From NCBI GenBank assembly GCA_965603825.1, contig CBFDEM010000010.1, positions 310,001-374,000 on the forward strand: 64,000 nucleotides of DNA, read 5' to 3'. Source of the DNA: Blepharisma stoltei ATCC 30299. Lineage: Eukaryota; Protista; Ciliophora. The translations under genes were made by a program, and so were the position numbers. Positions 12,746-24,500 of this stretch are shown here, piece after piece (position 1 is the first letter of the stretch; every line of letters begins with the position of its first letter). The notes under the pieces are model-generated. The model was not told the origin of the DNA. It saw only the letters and a program-made list of their open reading frames with translations, and made no database searches.

Positions 12746-13633
12746 TTAAAAATATTCTTCTACAGAATCCTTTATAGATTCCATCATCACTTCAGTATTT
12801 TCTCCTCTTTCCCGAAAGATCCAGCTCTTCAATGATTCTCTCACACTTTTTGTCATTCCATACACAAGTGCATTCAGCAGTCCATTTATGCAAGTAAAGA
12901 ACCCAGAAATCACAGACATCTCTCTCGGTGGGCAATCAACAAATATTTCCCAAACTCTACTAATAGTGACTGGTGTAAAACAAATCACAAGAATGATAGG
13001 ATACATCACAAGCCTCCTCATAAGCTGCTTCCTCATCTGTTGTTGCTCAGAAACGTTGCCAATTTCTAACTGAATTTTCTTTATAACTTTAAAATACACA
13101 ATAATGTTGAATGGGATCACTATTCATAGTGGCCCATAAAATAAAGAGTATCTTCATATTGTTCCTCATTTTTTGCTATCGTCAATCCAGCATCATCCTT
13201 GTGCTGTTCCAAAAGAATCTGTGATATAAGGCAGCCAAGAAATGCATAAAGGCACTAATACAGCAAAGATAAGGGCATACCACTTATAATGCTCACCTAG
13301 TCTTTTCTCATGAATAACAGCTAAATAGAGAGCTAAAGCAATCATAGCTGTCCAGAGGACGTTAGCTAGAGTGCAAAATGTTAAAGCTACCGATTGTAAT
13401 TGGCAGAGAGGTGAGTGACTATTATTTTCGTCGTAGGAAGGGATTAAAAATGCAAGAGCGTGGATTGCATCTAAGCATGAAAGTATAGACACCAGCTTGA
13501 ATGCAAACACTCTGAGCTCCTTGAAACTAAGATAGACTGTGATGATAAACATTGAGCCTAATAGGCTTAGTGAAGAAACTGCTGCATTGATAATATAAAG
13601 TCTGTACAAGTAATACTCACCTATACATACCAT
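12746..13633 (-). CDS. cAMP-receptor-like / GCR1-type 7TM GPCR
   Basis: SLLGSMFII, LCQLQS, LWTAMIA, then G(W)CWIDDSKK(W)GTI(W)RYSLFYGPL(W) with four TGA at family Trp positions; YPIILVICF, GLLNALVYG. Confidence 0.9.
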
Positions 13634-14333
13634 TATAAATTAATATTTCATTTTTTCTCTAGCTTGGAATCTAGTGGAAAATTGACAAATTCAGTAAAAC
13701 TATAAGGCGGCAGAAATTGACTTTAGAAAGATAGCTAAATTGGGGAAGTTTGTGATGAGTTTATGATTTTCATTATTTATATATTGCTAAAATGCGTGAA
13801 AATCGAAGTAACTTCTTAGACTAAGATTATTAATTAATCAAATAGAAATTAAATATTCTCTTCTTGCTAGTAATGAAGATAAGTCTTTTAAATGGAATAC
13901 AAAACATTAAAACTATAAATATTAAAAATTAGTTTTAATAAGTTAAATTTCAGGGTAAAATTTAATGAGAGCACTTGAGATCTATGAGCATATTTTTCCA
14001 TATATAATTAATCCACATTTAAGTTAATTTAAACGCTTTAAAGAGCTTAAAATTTCTTTTCATAATTTCGAACCTTCAAAAATATGACTTAATAAAAATA
14101 ATGACTAAAGCTAAATATTTCATGTATTTTAATTCTTATTCTTATAATAGATTCTAAAATATAAATTTACGCTTTATTTTTATCAACAAAGTTTAAAATT
14201 TAATCAGCTAGGATAAAATATTAAGATGTGTATGGCATATTTTCTTTCTAGAAAATCTTAATTGAATATTTAATTGTATTTCTTCTAGACTCCTGCATTG
14301 TCTTAAAATTTACCATTTATCCTAATAATAAAT

Positions 14334-15971
14334 ATGATCGTGAGTCCTGGTACGCCAGATTCCCCTCAAGTCAATGTCCTTAGAAGAATTGAGTTTGGTG
14401 TGCTATTTTTCTTCTTGGCATGAATTGTTTTCAACCTTTTAGTTGACGGCTGGAACTTATCTACAAGAGTCGCAGCAGGCGCTAAAATTGCAGGTCTCAA
14501 ACCAAGCCCTTATTCAGACAGTGGCTATGTTGATTTAAATGATGGGCAATTATCCTCATTCCTAAATAATCTCCCAGCTCTCCTGATTTTTGCTTTCTTA
14601 TTTGTGTTTGGGCGCAAATTGCTTAAATATCAAAGACCAGATATACAAAGCCAACTGATTTATTATTTGATCATAGGAGTGGGCATGAACTTATACTTGC
14701 ATGGCCCAGGAATCATATTTTTGTTATTCGAGCTTCTATTTAATTACTTTTTAGCCTATTATTATGCTGGCAAAAAAGGGTTCCCTGTCATAGCCTGGAC
14801 TTTCAATTTTTCGTATTTAGTGCTTGCTGAATATTATCATGGCTTTAAATTTTCATGGGTTTTTCCTCCTTTATCATTTTTAGATGAAATTCCTGTAGAA
14901 ATGAACTGGGCTGGAGTAAACAAAATGTGCATGCTGAAAGCTTTGAGTTTTGTGTTGGATTATCACTGGGCACTTTCAAAAGAAGACTATTTGTCTTTAG
15001 ATAAGCATAAAATTGACTGCACAGAATGCAGTAATATCAATGTGTGCTACACTTATAGAATGAGGGCACACGCAAATCATTATACACTTCTAGCATATTC
15101 TGCATATTTCTTTTACCCGCCGCTTTATTTAGCTGGGCCTACTACAAGCTATAATGCATGGATATCGCAAGTGCAAAGCCCACAAAGAAGCTATGATACC
15201 AAAAAATTATTAATTTATGGAGCAAGGCTTGTCTTTGTCTTTTTGGTACTGCAATGGTTTATTCACAATTTATTCTTCCCAGCAATAGCAAATAATGTGA
15301 GAAATAGATGGATTTGGGAGTCCTTTAATACATATGAGCTAATCATAGCAAGCTATTTTATACTGAAGTGGATCTGGCTAAAATTCACTGTAATTTGGAG
15401 ATTTTTCAGACTTTGGGCACTCTGTGATGGAATTGAAAGCCCAGAAAATATGGGAAGATGCATGTCAAACAACTATTGTTTTGAAAGCTTTTGGAGAATG
15501 TGGCACCGAGCTTTTAACCAGTGGCTTATTCGCTATGTATTTATTCCGCTCGGTGGTAGCAAGTACAAAATCTACAATATTTGGGTTGTTTTCGGCTTTG
15601 TTGCGCTTTGGCATGATTTAAATTTGAATTTATTAGCTTGGGGATGGGGAATGTGCTTATTCATAATGCCAGAAGTCATAGTAAAAAGCTATTTCCAAAA
15701 GGCCAAATTTAATGAGTTTAGAAAAACCCTTCAATATAGCTGGCTTTGTGCATTTGGAGGTGGTTTCTATATCATTTTGATGATGGCAGCTAACTTGGTT
15801 GGATTTTCTTTTGGAATTCGCGGATTGACGATTGTGCTGGAAGAAGTTTTTACAGAGTCAGGCATTTATTTGCTATTTAAAGTTTTCATGGTCTTAACAC
15901 TTGGTGCACATTTTATGATGATTATTAGAAGAGAAGAGACAAAATATGAAATAAAAAATAAAGGATTTTAG
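14334..15971 (+). CDS. GUP1: MBOAT acyltransferase, GUP1/HHAT(L)-like
   Basis: FYPPLYLAGP, WLKFTVIWRFFRLWALCDGIESPENMGRC, FWRMWHRAFNQWLIRY, FVALWHD; ATG 14334 in frame through one TGA. Confidence 0.9.
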
Positions 15972-16825
15972 ATCTTTATATCAATTATGTCATATGGCAC
16001 ATATTCTATATAATGCATGTGTAAATCGTCATATAGCCCAGATGAATTTAATGACGAAGAAATGCATATTGTGTTTTTTTGTGATGAAAACGAAGAATTG
16101 AAGGCGGTAGAATTCTCCACAACATTGCTAAAAGTTCTTCGATGGCATTTTGAAGTCTTGCCTAGAACTTCTTTCAAGTTTTTCTTAAGCAGCACAGGTT
16201 CTTTTATTTCTGTTTTCTTTTTATTCCCGATCTTGCTTTTCGTTTTATCTATTAATTTCTTCTCGTTCGAAATACTTACGGTTTCATAATTCTGATCAAG
16301 GCTCCCTCTTCTTATCCTCGCGGCTTGGATTGAAGTTTTATTGGCAATAATATCGACTTCTATGTTTTCTTTTGCTTCTATTAAATTATCATCTTTTTTT
16401 GGTTCCATTTTTCTTGCTGAAGAAGCTCTTTTTTCTCTTTCCAATGCTATAGGCATCATTTGATTAAAACTTATAGTTCTCTTTTTTCTATCGTGGAGAA
16501 TTAATTTTTTCTTATTTTCTGCCTCTTTTGTTTTTGTGTTTTGAATTTGCAAAGCTAAGTCTAAGCTATCTTTCCTTTTCTGCCTTGTTTCTCAGGATAT
16601 TTTTGATTTTTTTCTTTCGGATTCTAAATGTTTTATTCGATTTTCCAGAGTTTTTACTTTTAAATCTAGCTTTTTCCTCTCCAGAAGCAAATTGTGGATT
16701 TGAAATTCTGAAGATGGTATAGTTCTTTTTTGGGAAGGTTTTTGCGACGACTTAGACTGAGAAATCAAGCTATTATTTTCAGTGCACAGAAATCGGTCCG
16801 TTGGAAAGTGATTTTGCTTAGACAT
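15968..16825 (-). CDS. Basic coiled-coil hypothetical protein
   Basis: ORFs 16592..16849 and 15968..16552 are in frame through TGA 16592; start taken at MSKQ (ATG 16825). Confidence 0.7.
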
Positions 16826-17906
16826 TAAATAATAATTAATGATAAACATAGCGCCAAGAACTTTATACCAAGTATTTGCAGATTTAAACAGATCGTTTCT
16901 TACTCTTGCTTATATTTATGCTAAATTCAACGATATTGTTTGTGTAATTATTTAATCTAGCATGTGGACAATTGAATTTGAGATTTTTAAAAATATAACT
17001 TGTGAAGTGAAAAAGTGGAAACTTTAAAAATTTAAAAATTGCAGAAGAACAGATTTTGAAATTCTATGAATGAAGCTCTAATTATCACGATTTCTGATAG
17101 ATAATTCAGCTTATATTTCAAGTACTATTAGCAAATTAAGTAAGCCTTCCTTTTTGTTCAAATAGCTAGTAAAACCGCTATAGCAACTATAAAGTATTAT
17201 TTAAATATTATGTGGCACATAGAAGCTGAAAATTAGATCGATAAACTGTCGATTGTTAAATAAATATATTTAGGTGGCTCAGAAAATTTTTATGTATACT
17301 TTGATTCAAAATTGGGTATCTTGTTCAGGCAATATTTCGAGGTCCTATTGCATTAAAACTAAAGCATTCACGATACTAATTTTGAAGGCCTATGGCATTA
17401 AATCAGCTTCGTGCTGCAAGAATTAGGAGGCATTCTATGCTTTTTATCTTTATTTATCATAAAATTTTTAAAATTCGAAATATTTTTCATATAAGCACTC
17501 TTGATAAATAGTATATTATGGATTAAATCTTTTTTACCCCATGAATTGAGTTCTTTCATTGTTATTTTTGAATATAATTAAAATCACTTATTAAGTTCAT
17601 TAGACTAGTTTCCCAAGATAAATTTAGATAAATGCAATTTTTGAAAATATATAGCAATTATAACTCTTAATTAATAGGTTACAGAGTCACAAAACGCCTT
17701 TCTCGTTCTCACAAATTCCTTATTCAACCCTTATTGGCATTTATCCCTATTTTCCATTGGATCATAATAATGTTGCCTCAATATGAAATGTTGATCCTTT
17801 TTTAAATTTTTTACTCTCTCTCTATTTAATTATGCATAAATTCAATGCTAATTTTCTTACTTACTGATCAAAAATATTATCCTTTAAATACATCTGTAAA
17901 AATTTT

Positions 17907-18788
17907 ATGCAAAAGTCAACTAATAGAGCTGATGACCTTACTTTAGGCGAAGTCGATATACTCGATTTCCTTGATTTCCCACCGCCTCTACCGACACGTT
18001 CTCATGAAGTAGCTCGGGATGCGGAAGAAACTTACACAGATATCAAATCTACCGGTCGAAAACAGATCGTTGATACAAAAATTCTTGGCAGATTTCAAAG
18101 TTCATCCAACCCTTACCCTCCTAAAAAAGAGTACCTTCGATGCAAAATGATCCGAGGTCATAAAAGAGCTAATCGCCAAATAGAAAAATCGGTCATCCCT
18201 AAGCGCACAATAAATGCATATTCCTCTATAGCCGAAGTCTATTGAAGCAAGCTTGCAGCTTGCTTTAACGCCCACAAGGACGTTCTAATTGAGGAAAGCA
18301 AAACTGAAGCAGGGCCGAAGACTGATGGCAAAACCAAGCGAAATTGTAATGAAAACAATATCCCGAAAAGCTTCAACGAAAAGTTTTGTAAAAGGTATTT
18401 TTCTCCTGAAGAGGTAAGAGAATCGTACTTTTACTATACAGAGTACATATTTGCTGAGTTTGACCCTGATGTTATGTGCAAAAAATTCAAGCTCAGATGC
18501 TGCAGGTCGCCTATTCATAATTCTGAGTGCTTTGAAAGCTGAAAATTGTTGAAGTTTTACGTCCAGAAGATTATGCTGGACAATTTAGGTGTTGAGCCGT
18601 GGATTGTGATGGAAGCCACCACAGATGTTTCGACCATGCCGAATCCAATGCCACAAATTGTAGTTGAGACTAAGATTGCAGAGAGTGAGATTAAAAAAGT
18701 AGAGCCACAGCAGATAAATGATCCTTTAGAGAATATTTTCAGAGAAATTGATGGAGATATTGATCCAGAACTATTCTTTAATTTTTAG
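17907..18788 (+). CDS. Uncharacterised KKEYLRCK-family protein, paralog 2 (293 aa)
   Basis: Frame open through TGA 18243 and 18540 to TAG; PPKKEYLRCKMIRGHKRANRQIEK, KSFNEKFCKRYF, EVRESYFYY, CKKFKLRCC. Confidence 0.8.
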
Positions 18789-18874
18789 CTAATTTTAATA
18801 TTTTCTTATTAATTTTTAAATAGGATATTGCGCTATTAGAAAATTATTAACAGATCTTATTATATATGCAATTA

Positions 18875-19579
18875 CTACTCGCAAAAATGATTTTTATAAT
18901 ATTGTACATCAAATTTTCTAAATGCGACTTGAGAAGAGCTTCTGAACAATTTAGAGTTATCTTTTGCATTTCCAAAAATTATTTTGCTTGGCGTATAATT
19001 ATTTCTTACAATCCTGCAGCTTCCTATCATTATATTTCCTCTATTTTTTTCTATGAACTTTTCATTTCTTTCACTCATAGTAAAATGTTTTTCCCTCATA
19101 TAGTTTTTTAACTCTAAATATTTTTTATTTTCTGTTCCTTTATTGAGCTCTCTAAATTCTTCCCTCATAGTTGATAGCATTTTTTTCTTATAGTCTCCTA
19201 GTCTGATAGAACTCAAATTTGAATTTATTTTTATAAGCTCAGGCACTTTATCACCATGAAACTCTGCATAGCATGAGCTTGATTTGTAGTCATTGCCGCT
19301 ACTTCCTAATCTTAAAGTATCAGAATTTCTCTGGCCTGGGACAATTCTTCTAGGAGATGTTTTTACAGGTTCTTTTAATGTAAACATTTCTTGTGATAAG
19401 GATCTCAGGGGATGTCTTTCATGGCCTAGAGCAATTCTTTCTTGTGATAAAGTTCTGAAATTTTCAGTTTTTTGGCAATGGGGAAGATATGAAGATGAGC
19501 TTGTTGTGATTTTAGGGTCTTCGTTAAATCCTAAAGAAAAATGAGTTGAATATAAGTCTTTTATCAATTTTTTTGCCAT
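18875..19579 (-). CDS. Hypothetical protein with repeated (H/S)(F/I)xLG motifs, possibly ciliary
   Basis: 234-aa ATG..TAG ORF; THFSLG, SDTLRLG, SSIRLG, SKIIFG repeats. Confidence 0.6.
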   Translation of the reverse strand: MAKKLIKDLYSTHFSLGFNEDPKITTSSSSYLPHCQKTENFRTLSQERIALGHERHPLRSLSQEMFTLKEPVKTSPRRIVPGQRNSDTLRLGSSGNDYKSSSCYAEFHGDKVPELIKINSNLSSIRLGDYKKKMLSTMREEFRELNKGTENKKYLELKNYMREKHFTMSERNEKFIEKNRGNIMIGSCRIVRNNYTPSKIIFGNAKDNSKLFRSSSQVAFRKFDVQYYKNHFCE

Positions 19580-19603
19580 TTATAGCTTCATTATAATTTT
19601 TCA

Positions 19604-20239
19604 ATGGAATATGATATTTTGAATGAGATTTTAACCAGCACAGTTTCCTCATTATTTGAATGGAAAAATTCAGAGTTTGAAGAACAAATGAGATCAAGCT
19701 TGACATCTCTACCTCCTCCAAATCCAGGAGATTGGGTTAAAGTAGAAGGAAACCAAAAGCTTGAAATGGCACTTAGAAGATTAAGAATTGATAGAAACAC
19801 TACAAATGGAAGAGAGTTGGCAAATAAAACAACTGAGGAGCTAAATACAGAAAAAAAGAAAGTAAAAAATGAATTAAAGACCTATGATACCACTTTTAAG
19901 TCCCTTTTTGGACGACTGCCTAAAAGAGAAGAAAAAGAGCCAATGAGACCGCTTTATATGTACTACAAGAAAATTAAGCAGGCAATATCAAAAAGACCAG
20001 CAGAAAGAAGCAATAAAAAATTGAATAGAGAAGAAACTGTAAGAAAATTAGAAACCTTAAGAAAAGAAAGAGGAGAATTGAAGGCGGTTCTGCATAATTT
20101 CCAGATGGAGTTTTCTCAGACCAATCAAAGGAGGATTAGATATCATAAAGATATATTGCCAGTTGAAAATGAATATAAAAGATACAAGGACGTTAAAGCA
20201 GAAATTGCTAAATTAGAATCAGAGCTTAGTAAAGCATAA
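19604..20239 (+). CDS. FAM13A C-terminal-like domain protein
   Basis: EKKKVKNELKTYD..FGRLPKREEKEPMRPLYMYYKKIK and a second repeat ERGELKAVLHNFQMEF..RRIRYHKDILPVENEYKRYK. Confidence 0.75.
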   Translation: MEYDILNEILTSTVSSLFEWKNSEFEEQMRSSLTSLPPPNPGDWVKVEGNQKLEMALRRLRIDRNTTNGRELANKTTEELNTEKKKVKNELKTYDTTFKSLFGRLPKREEKEPMRPLYMYYKKIKQAISKRPAERSNKKLNREETVRKLETLRKERGELKAVLHNFQMEFSQTNQRRIRYHKDILPVENEYKRYKDVKAEIAKLESELSKA

Positions 20240-20401
20240 TATTAAATAATCATTATTTGCATATTTCCTTATATATCTTTATTTTATTAATTAAATGTAT
20301 AGCAAATTTAATATATGATAAGAATTTTCCTTAAATTAGCTAGCAGTAATAATAAAAGAGACATTGAATTTTTGTTATATTAATTCTGCCTCTACTATTA
20401 A

Positions 20402-21445
20402 TTAAACCATTGCTTTTATTTCCTTATCAAACTTTTTATTTTTGCCCTCATCTCTTATATTGTCATAAAAAATAATCCCAGTCCCTATAAAAACTAAGCT
20501 TAAGCTGATCCATTGGTATCCGTTAAGGATGTGATTAAACATCATAATTGATAATAAAACTGTCAGATTTTTTCTTGTTAAAGTAATTACATGCAATGTC
20601 AAAACTCCGAAAACCTTTATCGCCCTGAATGAGAACACTTGCCCGATTGCCGACAATAAAGAAAACAATAAAATATCAAAAATGATTGATGGGTATTTTT
20701 CTATATAAGCAAATAAAGAAATTTCATCCCCAATACTAGAGAATCCTAAGACCACAATAGTTATCAGAATGCTCCAAAAATTCACATATCTCATCATTTC
20801 TAATGATGAAGGCTTATACTCATGTTTTACTTTTTCTGCACAAAAGCCATTCAACCCATCCATCAGCAAAGATAAAAATATAAAAATTAGCCCAATAATT
20901 GTATCAGTTGTGCCTTCTTTTGGGTTAAGCATATTAAAGAGAAAGACACCAATTGTAATGATAGCAACGCTGAAATATTCATTTTTTTCGTATTTCACTT
21001 CTTTTACAAATAAACTTCCGATCATAACAGGAAGAATTTTGCACGATTTTGCTAGGGCTTGGGTAGGATAACTAATATAAATAAGTGAGGTATTTGTAAA
21101 AATTTTTGCAAGGGTTGATACTAATGAATGAGTGAATTTTAGCTTGAAAAAATGTCAAGATTTAGTGTCAGCTTGAATTATTGACTTTTGCTCTGTAAAA
21201 GATATCCCAAGAGTTTCACCTACATGAGATTTACAAATAATAGAAACAAAAAATCCAGTAGTGCATTGGATCAATACTACAAATTCAGCATAATTAAATT
21301 TTTCTCGGCCAGGATCATTGTAACTATATAGAGATTACATCTTTTCTTGAACTATACTGAAATAGAGATGTGTAAAATAAATACCGAAGGCTACTATAAA
21401 AATCTCTGGGACTCTTTGACCTTTGATCTTATTGAAGGCCTCCAT
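20402..21445 (-). CDS. UAA-family nucleotide-sugar transporter (SLC35B1/HUT1-like), two 15-nt introns
   Basis: SIVQEKI, YISYPTQALAKSCKILPVM, SLLMDG, SAIGQVF, ITLTRK; introns 21324-21338 and 21220-21234; one TGA. Confidence 0.88.
21220..21234 (-). other. Probable 15-nt intron GTAAATCTCATGTAG
   Basis: Fits GTA..A10..AG consensus; stop-less, so not required by the frame. Confidence 0.65.
21324..21338 (-). other. 15-nt intron GTAATCTCTATATAG
   Basis: Removes an in-frame TAA; A at position 10. Confidence 0.9.
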
Positions 21446-21575
21446 ATAAATATATAAGTGCTAAATTTTCATTATTATCTATATGCAAAATAGACTCTAT
21501 AAAATATAATCCTTAATTTAAGTGGGGGAAAATATAATTATATTTAATATAATTAGCTTATAAATCTTCCATAGC

Positions 21576-24500
21576 CTAAGGATATTGATCTTGGCTATGG
21601 CTTTCCCCAATATTAGATTCTTCACTTATAGCGCTTTTGGCTATTCTTTTCATCGCCCATAAAGAAATGCTGGCGCTGTCTTTTATTTCTAGTTCAGTAA
21701 GGTTTTTAGTAGCTATTAGTTTTGATTTTTCTTCGATTTTCCCATAATCTTTATAATTATTAACATCAAAACATTTTCTTAGGCTCTGAATTTTTTTTAA
21801 AATCAAAAGAATCAATTTTTTAGATATATTCTTCAGCCATACCCATAAAAAATAAGCATTTGATAAAACCAGCAAAACGAAAAAGAAAATTTCTAATCCT
21901 AGGCTAAGTTCATTTGTCATATAATAAAGGCCGCAATAAATTGTTAATAGTTCTACAAAAATGCTTGTTAATTCTGCTGTGTTAAGCTCGAGATATTCAA
22001 AAGGATAGCACTTATATTGTAAATAAAAAAATATGAATAAAACTGTAAAGCAAACTATTGCTTGAGTCTCTACAGCGTCATTTGTAAAGAAAATTGCAAT
22101 TCAAATTATTAGCAATTTTCTTATTAGAATTACAAATTCCCAATAAAATTTAGATTTTCTATATCCGTTATATATAAATCCAAATCTCAGCATTGTTTCC
22201 AGCCGATAAAGATGCCTTCTCTTTTTCCATAAATATAGAAAAATTCCTAAAGGTATTCCAGCAGTCCAAATTAAAATTCCTGGCAGAGCTACACCAAAAG
22301 CATAAATTGAGTGCATGTTATCTCAGCATTTAATATCAAGATTGCTGCTGAGATATAGTTCTCCATAAATATCCATGCAGCTGAAAATTGAAAACATATA
22401 ATTTGTGATTGTTGGCAAAATAAGGAAATGCAGAATTCATAAAGTTGTGATCAGTTCATTCTTTACTGCTGATAAATAGATATTTTTAATAACTGCTACT
22501 ATTAGTCAGAATATAAAAATGCAGATTCCTAAAGCTGCTGGGAGGCAAACCATAATAATCATTTTCAAAAAATATATCGATTTATAAGACTCTTTGTCAC
22601 TTTTATCTATTAATAGACAATCAATAGAAAGCAGATGAGTTGGAATATCTCCAGGGTATGATTGGTAGGATAATCATGAATCAGCGTATCATGGCCATGG
22701 TAATTTCATCTTAATAATAATTGAAATCACTTGAAAGTAGTTCAATAAAATTTTGAAAAAAATAGAACTTATTGAGACTGGCTCATAAGCTGTGATAAAT
22801 GTAAGATATACTACAATAGTAACTACTAAAATAGTGCAAATCCCTAGCCCTACTAGTCTGATGATGTTATCTTGACTAGATGGACATCTTTCACAGTTAT
22901 TTCCACCTGACGATGAAAAACCATAGTCACAAGCTTGGCAAAGGTTTCCTTGGTACCCTTCTCTGCATCTTCCAGTTAAAGAAATAGAATCATTAGCATC
23001 TTTTAATCCTCCTTCGCAAGCATTTGGGTTTAAGCAATGATATAGTCTTATAGAGTCAGTTTTGCCACGCCAATATCCAGGCTTAGGAGCCAATAAATCA
23101 CCACCATAGCAATATGCATTTACTGGGCACTCATTACAATTATTATCTGGGCTCAAACTATATTGTCCTTCTTTGCAGTAAATGCATTGATTATTAGATC
23201 TATATTCTCCATTAATGCAGTTTCTAGTGCGCAAAATTACTGTTAGATTCAAACTAATCGAAATGTTACGATTAGAAATTCAAAAGTCTATTGATCCAAA
23301 ATAAGTTAAATTCATACGAATTTCACTTCCCGGAGCACATAAAAACGTCAAATTATTGAATATAATGATGCCCCTGATAGGGTTTACAGCTGAAACTCCA
23401 TTTATAGTAGAATTTTCAAAAATAGGCCTTAATGAAGCAGAATATCCATCGAAACCACCAGTAACTAATTGCTGATTTATATCAATTAAAGCAAAACTAA
23501 AGTTCAAAGGATAATCCAACCCACACACTCCATCATAGTAAAGTGTTGTATCATTATCTAAAGTAAGATCTTCATATTTAACGAGCCTAACTGGGTGTAA
23601 AGCAAGTTTATCCCCGTACTCTGCATGATTCTCAGAATATTCATTATCAGACTCTTCTATATTGTTTCCTTCTACGCATAAACTTGCACCAATTTTAGCA
23701 GAATTATTGCTAAATATATTTCTAAAAAAATAATTTGTCAAACCATTTTTCATACATCTCACATATCCAGCTCCACCCTCAAGAGCCATATTATTTTCAA
23801 AAGTTGAATTAAGAATTTGTGCATTACAACAATCTAGCAAAAACGCCCCTCCTTTAGATGCAACACTATTATTAATAAATTTGCTGTTTTCTATTTTTGT
23901 CACTGAAGTTTCGTTTTGATTTGTTATTTCTAAAGCTGCTGCTGATAAATTTGAAGTATTATTATAGAATAAAGAATTCGAAATACTCAAATATTCGTAA
24001 TTTACAATCTCGAGAAACATAGTATTTATTCCGTTTAAAAATGAACAGTCAGTTATAATAATTCTTGTTGTGTTTACTAAGCCCAAGCCTGTATGCAAAG
24101 AATTAGAAAAAACTGAATTTTTGAGCTCAATTATATCCTGATGCATTGCATAAATAAAGATTGACGATGTCATTATATTGGAATTTTCTATGTATGTCAT
24201 TTTTGAATTATGGAAAAGAAGCTTCCCATAATTTACAAATATGAGTCCATTTGGAGATGCATAAATAAATCTAAATTCGCAATTATCGAAATATAAAGTG
24301 CTGTTTGAAGATATAATAGCGGTTTCAATAGTAGTTTTAGTTGAGATGAATAGTGATTCTTCCGCTCTGAAAAAACTCGCATTTTGGATATATATTTCAG
24401 ACTGGCCGGGATTGTATAAAATATTATCTTTAAGAGTAAATTGTTTTAATAAAATATTTGAGCCTTGAATGTGCAATATTGGATCATAAAATGCATAATT

